The notes under the pieces are model-generated. The model searched no databases and was not told the origin of the DNA. It was given only the letters and a program-made list of their open reading frames with translations. Positions 56,539-64,000 of a stretch of 64,000 nt of DNA are shown here, in pieces (within the stretch, counting starts at the first letter, position 1; each line of letters begins with the position of its first letter). The stretch comes from an uncultured Chloroflexia bacterium. GTDB taxonomy: Bacteria > Chloroflexota > Limnocylindria > Limnocylindrales > CSP1-4. Location: NCBI GenBank assembly GCA_963719145.1, contig CAVRAX010000006.1:55159-119158 (forward strand). The letters run 5' to 3'. Both the position numbers and the translations under genes were made by a program.

Positions 56539-57717
56539 CTAATCGGGCTTGCGGACCGCAGGCTCGACGCCGGTCATGCAGCGGTTTCGACCGTTGGCCT
56601 TGGCCTCGTACAGCGCGGCATCTGCCGAAGCCAACCAGGCCTCATCGTCGATGGCGAGCTGCTCCGGCCCGATCGTCGATACGCCGATCGACGCCGTCAG
56701 CCGACCGTATGGCTTGTTGTCGGCGTTGGGAATCTGGAGCGCCTCGATCGCGCGGCGAATGCGCTCGGCTGCGCTGAGAGCGTCGGGCTCGGCGGTGACC
56801 CGCATCAGGACCACGAACTCCTCGCCGCCGTACCGGTACGCCGAGTCGCCCGGCCGTAGCGTCCCCGCCAAGGCCCCGCTCACCAGGCGAAGCACCGTGT
56901 CGCCGTGAAGATGGCCGAGCGCATCGTTGATCGCCTTGAACCGATCGAGGTCGAGGATCAGCAGGCCATAGCGGTCGCCTTGTCGCTCAATCCGTGACCG
57001 AACCACCCTGAGGCCGGCGCTCAGTGCCAGCCGATTGCCGAGAGCCGTCAGCTCATCGGTGTTGGCCGCCTTGCCGAGCTCAATGTTGAGTCGATCGAGG
57101 CGCGCCTGATCCCGGGTCGCCTGCCGATTGAGCGCTCGAATCCGCTCCGTCTGCACGAAACCATGGACCCGCGCTCGCAGATTCGCCACGTGACCTGCCT
57201 GACTCACGACCAACGCGACGATGAGCAATTCGATGAACTCGTCGCTGGCACCGGGCTTGATGATCGTATAGGCGACCGCGAGGGCACCGTGGACCACGAG
57301 CCAGGTTGCGTGGATCGGCGTCGCCCAGGGAATGACGAGTGCGACGATCGTCGGCAGGAGCAGGAGGTAGCCATCCGCGATGAGCCCGAGCGCCGAATCG
57401 CCAAGCCCGAGCGCCGCTGTCGCGACATCGACGGCCACGAGGACGACGAACACGATGACCTCGGGTCGGCGCCGCGCCAAGGTTCCGATGGATGCGTACC
57501 CGCTCACGGCCACGACCACGAGCGCCAGGTTCAAGGTCAGGACGTCTCGAGCTGCCTCGGGATGAAATGGGATGAGCCACGCGCCGTTGAGGACCGCGGC
57601 GGCGGCCACGAGGATCATCCCCAGTCGAGCTGAATCGCGGATCCGACTTCGTCGTGATGCGCGGAACCGAGGAGTGCCCGCGATCGTGAAGTAGTCTCGC
57701 GCGCGCAGCTCGCTCAC
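56539..57717 (-). CDS. membrane-bound diguanylate cyclase (GGDEF)
   Basis: About 6 N-terminal TMs. Contains DELTALGNR, LDLDRFKAINDALGH, the RPGD I-site and the active-site GGEEF. Confidence 0.9.
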   Translation of the reverse strand: MSELRARDYFTIAGTPRFRASRRSRIRDSARLGMILVAAAAVLNGAWLIPFHPEAARDVLTLNLALVVVAVSGYASIGTLARRRPEVIVFVVLVAVDVATAALGLGDSALGLIADGYLLLLPTIVALVIPWATPIHATWLVVHGALAVAYTIIKPGASDEFIELLIVALVVSQAGHVANLRARVHGFVQTERIRALNRQATRDQARLDRLNIELGKAANTDELTALGNRLALSAGLRVVRSRIERQGDRYGLLILDLDRFKAINDALGHLHGDTVLRLVSGALAGTLRPGDSAYRYGGEEFVVLMRVTAEPDALSAAERIRRAIEALQIPNADNKPYGRLTASIGVSTIGPEQLAIDDEAWLASADAALYEAKANGRNRCMTGVEPAVRKPD

Positions 57718-57944
57718 CTGGGGCCGACGGCGAGCGGCCGTCCGAGCAGGCAGCCTTGGCCGAGCTGGATGCCGAGGGATCGCAGGGTGGCGCGCCCCTG
57801 ACGCGGCAGTGCGTCCGCCGCAGCGAGGGAGGCGCCGCGCGTCACGGTTTCGAGCTCAGGGCCGACGCCAACCGCAGACCGATAACCGCAAGATCTCGCA
57901 AGGACTGCCCTTCCTTCGGCCTCGCCTTCCTCGAGGATACCCCC
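57714..57944 (-). pseudogene. possible EAL-domain C-terminal remnant
   Basis: An open frame with no start codon ends ...ATLRSLGIQLGQGCLLGRPLAVGPR, like the EAL C-terminal L..LG....QG(Y)L.GRP. Its TGA overlaps the GGDEF GTG (GTGA). It is bounded upstream by a stop at 57945-57947. Confidence 0.35.
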
Positions 57945-58038
57945 TCACGATTTAGGCAGGAGCTCGGGCACCATCAAGTCCCAGCTCGTGGTGGAACAGG
58001 CGCCGCCCTGGCGCCCGGTTCGATCAGCCGGTCATGAG

Positions 58039-58070
58039 GGGAGTGTCTCAGTTTGAACTGAGACACTCCC
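58039..58070. terminator. perfect 13-bp stem hairpin (GGGAGTGTCTCAG-tttgaa-CTGAGACACTCCC), possible factor-independent terminator/insulator without a U-tract
   Basis: Read directly. It lies between gnd (upstream on the minus strand) and the EAL remnant/GGDEF gene. Confidence 0.35.
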
Positions 58071-58116
58071 GGCCCGTCGGTACTGACTCAATTTGGGATC
58101 ACGGGCATGGAACGTC

Positions 58117-58177
58117 TCGATGCCGTTATCTGAGCCCTTGACGTACCGCAGGCAGTCAGTCAGGGCCCGGGTCGCCG
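58117..58177. repeat. 61-bp dispersed direct repeat, copy B
   Basis: See copy A. It lies 43 nt beyond the gnd stop. Confidence 0.9.
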
Positions 58178-58219
58178 CGACGTCTGTGGCCCCCCTTAGG
58201 GCGGGCAGCAGCCACGGCG

Positions 58220-59239
58220 TCAGCCATTCCGTTCCTCGTGACCGCCGAAGCCGAAGCGCATGGCCGAGAGAACCCGGTCGGCGAAGTCAGCCTCCCCGCG
58301 CGACATGAAGCGTTCGTAGAGCGCCGTCGTCAGGACCGGCGCTGGAGCGGAAACATCGATGGCGGCGACGCTCGTCCAGCGTCCCTCGCCGGAGTCCGAC
58401 ACGCGACCCTCGAAGTCCGCGAGATCGCCGCTCCGCCCAAAGGCCTCGGCGGCGAGGTCCAGGAGCCACGACGCGACGACGCTGCCACGGCGCCACACCT
58501 CGGTCACCGCCGCGATGTCGAGCTGGTATCGGTATCGCTCGGGGTCGCGCAGGGGCGCGACTTCCGCGCTGACCTCGCCCTCGCGGAGGCCGGCGTCGGC
58601 GTGCCGGAGGATGTTGAGGCCCTCGGCGTAGGCAGCCATCAAGCCGTATTCGATGCCGTTGTGGACCATCTTGACGAAGTGGCCGGCGCCGCTCGGACCA
58701 CAGTGCAGGTAGCCGTCCTCGGCCGGAGTCGGGTCGCCTGTCCGGCCTGGCGTCCGCGGTGCGGCGTCCACACCGGGAGCCAGGGCGCGGAAGATCGGGT
58801 CGAGCCGCTGCACCGCCCCGGCCGGGCCGCCGATCATCAGGCAGTAGCCCCGCGCCAAGCCGGCCACACCGCCGCTCGTCCCGCAATCGAGGTAGTCGAT
58901 CCCTTCGTTCGCCAGCGTCGCCGACCGGCGAAGATCGTCGACGTAGTGGGAGTTACCGCCGTCCACGACCACGTCGCCGGCGGCCAGGAGGGGCACGATG
59001 TCGTCAAGCGTGGCATCCACGGCTGCCGCGGGCACCATCAGCCAGACGATCCTGGGCGTGGCGAGCTGGCCTACCAGGTCCTTGAGCGAGGCGGCTCCGG
59101 CCGAGATCGCCTTGTCGGCCACCAGCCCGTCCACCGTCTCGGCGTGGCGGGCATAGCCGACCACAGAGTGGCCCGCTCCCAGCCAGCGTCGCGACATGTT
59201 GGCGCCCATCCGGCCCAGCCCGATCAATCCGATCTGCAT
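58220..59239 (-). CDS. gnd: 6-phosphogluconate dehydrogenase (decarboxylating), short Gnd-like form
   Basis: MQIGLIGLGRMGANM Rossmann N-terminus, VVDGGNSHY, GTSGGVAGLARGYCLMIGG and HFVKMVHNGIEYG. AGAGGAG Shine-Dalgarno. Confidence 0.85.
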   Translation of the reverse strand: MQIGLIGLGRMGANMSRRWLGAGHSVVGYARHAETVDGLVADKAISAGAASLKDLVGQLATPRIVWLMVPAAAVDATLDDIVPLLAAGDVVVDGGNSHYVDDLRRSATLANEGIDYLDCGTSGGVAGLARGYCLMIGGPAGAVQRLDPIFRALAPGVDAAPRTPGRTGDPTPAEDGYLHCGPSGAGHFVKMVHNGIEYGLMAAYAEGLNILRHADAGLREGEVSAEVAPLRDPERYRYQLDIAAVTEVWRRGSVVASWLLDLAAEAFGRSGDLADFEGRVSDSGEGRWTSVAAIDVSAPAPVLTTALYERFMSRGEADFADRVLSAMRFGFGGHEERNG

Positions 59240-59400
59240 GGTCGTCTCCTCTTGTGGTGTGGCGCCGCGGCGCGATCAGGCTCAGGCGTGGGGCGGCCGT
59301 GTAGTACGGATACAGGTCGGGCCTCCCGGCGACGGCCCGGGCGCTCGCACGGTCGCCAGGCCCCACGCTGGCCTGACCTGCGGGCCGAGCCGCCTGGCAT

Positions 59401-59871
59401 CTACGTCGGGCGGCTGCCCGGCCCCCGCGAAGGCCAGCTCGTGGTCCACGGGGCGCTCCCCAGGTACCCCTGGTAGCCGTAGTACGGGTACAGGCTGAAG
59501 AAGTAGTCCGCGCTCTCGGCGGCGAGCTCGGGGTCGTAGTGGGGAGCGCCGGCCACGTGCTCCCGGGTGTGGCTGATGTGGACCTCGTCGGCGGTGATCC
59601 GGGTGATCGCCTCGATGGGGATGAGCGACTTGCGGTCGCCGAAGCCCAGGAAGCCGCCGGACGCGACCTCCATGAAGCGGACCTTCTTCTCCGCGACGTC
59701 GACCAGGAGGCCGTCAACCTTGCCAAGGTCCTGGCCGTTGCCGTCCTTGACCATGCGGCCCCGGATGTCCTCGTCGGAGCTCGACACGGTCATCGCGTCG
59801 TCGCGAAGCCGAGTGAGCTCCGGCAACGGTGCGGTGTCGACGGGAGGGGCGGCGATCTTCTCCTTCGGCAT
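59401..59871 (-). CDS. PRC-barrel domain protein
   Basis: The ATG at 59871 lies 8 nt after AAGGAG. GRMVKDGNGQDLGKVDGLLVDVAEKKVRFMEVASGGFLGFGDRKSLIPIEAI is PRC-barrel-like. The tail is Tyr/Gly-rich. Confidence 0.65.
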   Translation of the reverse strand: MPKEKIAAPPVDTAPLPELTRLRDDAMTVSSSDEDIRGRMVKDGNGQDLGKVDGLLVDVAEKKVRFMEVASGGFLGFGDRKSLIPIEAITRITADEVHISHTREHVAGAPHYDPELAAESADYFFSLYPYYGYQGYLGSAPWTTSWPSRGPGSRPT

Positions 59872-59942
59872 GAGCGCAACTCCTTGTCTACGCTGCGTCG
59901 CCCCGATCCTGCGACAACGGGTCGCGGCGCCACAGACCAACG

Positions 59943-60812
59943 TTACTTCGCCAGCCCCTCGCGAATGGCGGCGAGCTCCTTCCGGCGTTTCGCGCTGGGC
60001 TTGGGATACGCCATCTTGAGCCCGTTGAGCGCATCAAGGACCACCTGGGAAACGATCAGCCGCGCATTGTCCTTGTCATCAGCGGGAACGACGTACCAGG
60101 GAGCGTCATGAGTGCTCGTCGCGCTCAGGCAATCCTCGTACGCCTCCATGTACCGCGTCCAGTATTGCCGTTCGTGCACATCCGAGAGGCTGAACTTCCA
60201 GTTCTTGTCCGGCTCGTCGAGGCGCTCCAGGAAGCGCCTCTGTTGTTCGTCCTCCGAGATGTGGAGGAAGATCTTGACGATCTTGGTGCCGTTGCGGTGG
60301 AGATGCTCCTCCAGGTCCACGATGGAACGGTACCGCCCCCTCCAGACGGACTTCTCTTCGATCAACTCGTTCGGAAGGCCTTCGCTGCGGAGAATCTCCG
60401 GGTGCACGCGGACGATCAGGACCTCCTCGTAATAGGAGCGATTGAAGATGCCGATCCGGCCGCGTTCAGGAAGCCGACACGTCGTGCGCCACAGGAAATC
60501 GTGCTTCAGCTCCTCTGCGCTGGGCTGTTTGAAGCTGAAGACCTGACAGCCTTGCGGATTGACGCCCGACATGACGTGCCTGATGGCACCGTCCTTGCCG
60601 GCAGCGTCCATCCCCTGAAGGATCAGCAAGAACGCGTAGTGGTCGGACGCGTAGTGGAGGCGCTGTAGCGAACTCAACTCCTTGACGTGTTCGTCGAGCA
60701 GCTTGTGGTATTGCTTCTTCGACTTACATATCGGCTTCACACTTGTCGGCCATTTCTCGAGTTCGACAGCATCTCCGGGTGACACGCAAAAGTCCTTGGA
60801 GTTGATTCTCAT
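59943..60812 (-). CDS. ppk2: polyphosphate kinase 2 family (polyP:nucleotide phosphotransferase)
   Basis: [14 protein letters not shown] (Walker A-like), [27 protein letters not shown] and [13 protein letters not shown]. The ATG at 60812 lies 5 nt after AAGGGAG. Confidence 0.9.
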   Translation of the reverse strand: MRINSKDFCVSPGDAVELEKWPTSVKPICKSKKQYHKLLDEHVKELSSLQRLHYASDHYAFLLILQGMDAAGKDGAIRHVMSGVNPQGCQVFSFKQPSAEELKHDFLWRTTCRLPERGRIGIFNRSYYEEVLIVRVHPEILRSEGLPNELIEEKSVWRGRYRSIVDLEEHLHRNGTKIVKIFLHISEDEQQRRFLERLDEPDKNWKFSLSDVHERQYWTRYMEAYEDCLSATSTHDAPWYVVPADDKDNARLIVSQVVLDALNGLKMAYPKPSAKRRKELAAIREGLAK

Positions 60813-60831
60813 CGTTCTCCCTTCGGCCATG

Positions 60832-63444
60832 TCAACGCCGGTGGTCGTGTGGCGTGGAATCGGACGGCGTCCTGGGCTCGAGCTTGGCGGTGGTGTCGAC
60901 CTTTCGCTCGAGCTTGGGCTCGGCGTCGGCCTTCGGCTCGGCGTCGGCCCTGGGCTCGGCCGCAGCGGCGGGCTTGGACTTGGCCGTGGCAGGATCGAGG
61001 ATCCGATAGGCGAGCACCTTCACCTGGTCGTTGACGAGGAACCACCCCAGCGCATAGCCCCAGACAAGGAGCGCCCAGCCCCAGCCGAGCGGCGTCATCA
61101 AGATGCCGAAGACTGCGATCAAGGTGGCCACGGCTTGCGTGCCGAACACCGCGATCAGCAGCACCCGCGCGGGGCGGATGGACCAGAACCGACCACGTGT
61201 GCGAGTGAGGAAGATCGTCAGGTGGCCCGCCACGGACAGCTTCAGGTACATCAGCGTCTGGATGTGCGCCTGGTCCAGATTGAAGACGCGCTCGCCGAGA
61301 TAGAACAGGCCGAAGGCAGCGACGACCCCGATGATCCCCAACACGGTGGAGATCCCGAGGACGAGACGCATGTTCCAGGCCTCGGGCCTGTCCTCGTAGT
61401 GGACGTTGTCATAGGCGATGGACAGGATGGCGCCGTCGTTGAGCAGGGCCAGCATCACGATCATGACCGCCGTGACGGGATAGAAGTTGAACACGAGGAT
61501 CGCGAGCGTCATGAAGAGCAGCACGCGGATCGTCTCGGCGATGCGGTAGATCGCGTAGCTGTTCATTCGCTGGAAGATGCGGCGGCTCTCCTTGATCGCC
61601 TCGATGATCACCGACAGCCCGGAGCTCAACAGCACGATGGACGCCGCCGCCCGCGCCGCATCCGTCGCGCCCGAGACGGCGATGCCGCAGTCGGCCTTCT
61701 TGAGCGCCGGCGCGTCGTTCACTCCGTCGCCCGTCATGCCCACGATGTGACCGTGCTCCTGAAGGGTCTCGACGATGTGGAACTTGTGCTCGGGGAACAC
61801 CTGCGCGAAGCCGTCCGCGCTCTCGATTGACCTGACCAGCTTTGCCGACGCCTGATGCCTGGTGTCGCCGAAGCCGGTCGCGTCGACGATGTTCGTGCCC
61901 ATCCCCAGCTTCTTTGCGGTCTCCACGGCGATGGCCAACGCATCGCCGGTGACCATCTTGATCGTCACGCCCATCTGGCCCGCGGTCGCGATGGTGGCTT
62001 TCGCCTCAGGCCGCGGCGGGTCGAACAGGGGCAGCACGCCGAGGAACTGCCACTCGTCCTTCCCCGCCGCCCGGGCCACGCCCAGCGCACGAAACCCGCG
62101 CGCCGCGAACTCGTTGACCGCCTTGTCGACGGCGGCCTTAACCTTCCCGGCATTCGCGGACATCTCGAGGATCACCTGGGGCGCGCCCTTGGCGACCTGG
62201 AACGACTTGCCGTCCGGCCCCTTGACGGTGGCTTCGGTGCGCTTGTGCACTGGGTCGAAGGGCTGGAAGTCGGTCACCCTGTAGGCCTTCAGGGCCTTGG
62301 CGTCCTCGAGGCCGCCCAGCACGGCCATGTCGATGGTGTCCTTGTCTTCCTCGCGCGACGCCAGAGCGCCGCACAGGATGACCTCATCGGCCTCGACGCC
62401 GCCGACGCCGAATGGATCGCCCAGGGTCAGCTTGTTCTGCGTCAGCGTTCCGGTCTTGTCCGCGCACAGGATGTCCACGCCGGCCAGCTCCTCGATGGCC
62501 GCCAGCCGCGTCACGATCGCCTCGCGCTTGGCCAGCAGGCGCGCGCCGACTGCCATCGTCACCGCCAGCACCGCCGGCATCGCCACCGGGATCGCCGCCA
62601 CGGTCAGCACCAGGGCGAACTGCAGCGTGGTGACCATCGGGTCGCCACGGAAGAGCGCGACGATGATGATCAGGGCGACCAGGGCCACCGCAAGGACGAT
62701 CAGGTAGTCGCCGATCTTGAGCACCGCGCGCTGGAAGTGGCTGACGGTGTGTGCTTCCTGTACCAGTTGAGCCGTCTTGCCGAAGTAGGTATTGGTGCCC
62801 GTGCCATTGACGAGCGCCCCGATCTCGCCCTGACGGATGATCGAGCCCGAGAACACGGCCTCGCCGGGCTTTCGCGTCGCGGGCAAGGACTCGCCCGTCA
62901 GCGCAGATTGATCGACTTCAATGGAGTCGCCGTCGAGCAGGCGGGCGTCTGCGGGCACGATGTCGCCCAGGCGCAGGCGGATGACGTCGCCCGGCACCAG
63001 CTCGCGTGCTGGCGGCGTGACCCATTTGCCGTCCCGCCGGACCCGGGCCTCGACTGCCAGCGTCGCCTTCAGGGCGGCGATGGCGTTGCCGGCCTGGTGT
63101 TCTTCCCAGAATCCAACGACGGCATTGGACATGAGAAGCAGGAGGATGATGAAGAAGTCGGGCCAGTGCTGGGCCAGTGCCGACAGGACGACGGCCGCCT
63201 CGATCATCCACGGGATGGGACCCCAGAAGTAGGTGAGGAACTTCAGGAGCGGGTTGTCCTTCCTCTCCTCGATCTCGTTGGGGCCGTATTGGATCAGCCG
63301 TTTCTTCGCCTCGGCCTCCGTGAGGCCGTCGGACGACGATCCCAGCTTCGCCAGGAGCTCCGGCATGGGCACGGACTGGAGGTCGCTCTTCGCCTTCGAC
63401 TCGGTACCCGTCTTCGTCCTGGGCTTGTGAGCACTCGATTTCAT
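60832..63444 (-). CDS. P3A-type (plant/fungal plasma-membrane-like) H+-translocating P-type ATPase
   Basis: [52 protein letters not shown] and [22 protein letters not shown]. Similarity to AHA/PMA1 runs end to end. The C-terminal tail has ADAEPK-type repeats. Confidence 0.9.
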   Translation of the reverse strand: MKSSAHKPRTKTGTESKAKSDLQSVPMPELLAKLGSSSDGLTEAEAKKRLIQYGPNEIEERKDNPLLKFLTYFWGPIPWMIEAAVVLSALAQHWPDFFIILLLLMSNAVVGFWEEHQAGNAIAALKATLAVEARVRRDGKWVTPPARELVPGDVIRLRLGDIVPADARLLDGDSIEVDQSALTGESLPATRKPGEAVFSGSIIRQGEIGALVNGTGTNTYFGKTAQLVQEAHTVSHFQRAVLKIGDYLIVLAVALVALIIIVALFRGDPMVTTLQFALVLTVAAIPVAMPAVLAVTMAVGARLLAKREAIVTRLAAIEELAGVDILCADKTGTLTQNKLTLGDPFGVGGVEADEVILCGALASREEDKDTIDMAVLGGLEDAKALKAYRVTDFQPFDPVHKRTEATVKGPDGKSFQVAKGAPQVILEMSANAGKVKAAVDKAVNEFAARGFRALGVARAAGKDEWQFLGVLPLFDPPRPEAKATIATAGQMGVTIKMVTGDALAIAVETAKKLGMGTNIVDATGFGDTRHQASAKLVRSIESADGFAQVFPEHKFHIVETLQEHGHIVGMTGDGVNDAPALKKADCGIAVSGATDAARAAASIVLLSSGLSVIIEAIKESRRIFQRMNSYAIYRIAETIRVLLFMTLAILVFNFYPVTAVMIVMLALLNDGAILSIAYDNVHYEDRPEAWNMRLVLGISTVLGIIGVVAAFGLFYLGERVFNLDQAHIQTLMYLKLSVAGHLTIFLTRTRGRFWSIRPARVLLIAVFGTQAVATLIAVFGILMTPLGWGWALLVWGYALGWFLVNDQVKVLAYRILDPATAKSKPAAAAEPRADAEPKADAEPKLERKVDTTAKLEPRTPSDSTPHDHRR

Positions 63445-63656
63445 GATGCCGTTGCCTCTGTTCCAGCCACCTCCGTGGAGTCTCATTCCACTCCGTAGTG
63501 GCGCTCTACCTTTGCGCCCGGCGAGTGGGCGAGTCCTCCGAGTGGCAAGCTCTCATCAGGCCCTTCTTCATAGAGGGTCGCGGATCTCGCGGCTTGCCCA
63601 TCAACCGGCTGCCGCGTCACGCCCGTCAGCTCGATATCGTCGCGGTAAGGTCTCGA

Positions 63657-64000
63657 TCACGGGCGGGCGAGGAAGAGCAGCTTCTCGCGGCCGAGATGCG
63701 CTGCCCACTCGAGACGTTCCGCGTCCGCGAAGCGCAGGTACGCGCGGAGCGCGTCGTGCATCGCGTCGACGAACCCAACGGCGCGATGCGGCGCGAAGCC
63801 GTCCTCCCACCAGATGTCGAGGACCTGTACGACGCCATCGTCTCGCTCGATGCGCGGCTCGATCCTTCCGACGAAGCGGTCGCCGAAGATGATCGGCAGC
63901 ACGTAATAGCCCCAGCGGCGCTTCGTCCGAGGAAAGAAGCCCTCCCAGACGTAGTCGAAGTCGAACAGGCTTGCGAGGAGCGTGGTGTCCCACAGCAGCG
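63657..64000 (-). CDS. YcaQ/AlkZ-like winged-helix DNA glycosylase family (DUF1006), C-terminal part; 5' end outside the window
   Basis: The frame is open to the window edge: LLWDTTLLASLFDFDYVWEGFFPRTKRRWGYYVLPIIFGDRFVGRIEPRIER... (the RWGYYVLPIL.GDR.VGRI signature). Confidence 0.7.
   Translation of the reverse strand, partial: LLWDTTLLASLFDFDYVWEGFFPRTKRRWGYYVLPIIFGDRFVGRIEPRIERDDGVVQVLDIWWEDGFAPHRAVGFVDAMHDALRAYLRFADAERLEWAAHLGREKLLFLARP

Noticed and set aside
63505-63520. Half-site CCTTTGCGCCC resembling the left half of the GTCTTTGCGCAAAGAC palindrome, upstream of the H+-ATPase
   Set aside because: Only one arm is present, with no dyad symmetry, so it is likely coincidental.

Overview
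High-GC (about 70% by eye), densely coding, actinobacterium-like chromosomal segment. I recognised no rRNA, tRNA, CRISPR array, transposase or integrase. Most long ORFs in the six-frame track are antisense or out-of-frame artefacts of the GC bias, so calls rest on protein motifs, start-codon context and synteny.

Content from left to right:
- 5' part of the dcw cluster: mraZ-rsmH-ftsL-ftsI-murF-mraY, with murE absent.
- A LysM protein, then RNase P RNA (rnpB) hidden under spurious ORFs, then RNase H.
- TCA-cycle genes: sdhCDAB, an isocitrate dehydrogenase-like gene and sucCD.
- A split-subunit propionyl-CoA to succinyl-CoA operon (pccB, biotin carboxylase, BCCP, mutase large subunit, epimerase) with a decayed TetR gene inside it.
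- parAB.
- A lipid gene set: UbiA, PlsC and HAD.
- LiaF-like, PspC and msrA.
- Three ABC-2 exporters.
- A 7-gene co-directional cluster: GT39, NOX-like ferric reductase, FMN-binding protein, ApbE, a membrane-anchored protein, response regulator and histidine kinase.
- A cDPG-synthetase-like gene, an ArsR-phosphatase fusion plus ArsC, a ClC channel and a GH63 glucosylglycerate-hydrolase-like gene.
- A GGDEF cyclase with an EAL remnant, then gnd.
- A lower-GC block with PPK2 and a plant/fungal-type (P3A) H+-ATPase.

Most noteworthy non-genic signals:
- A 16-bp palindrome, GTCTTTGCGCAAAGAC, present three times around pccB and parB.
- DnaA-box-like sequences at the parA promoter.
- Six 22-bp hairpin repeats in a divergent intergenic region.
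- 61-bp direct repeats bracketing a 4.3-kb cassette.
- A 38-bp promoter/mini-ORF module present twice.
- A consistent leaderless promoter geometry (TANNNT, 6 nt, start codon), which I used to refine starts.
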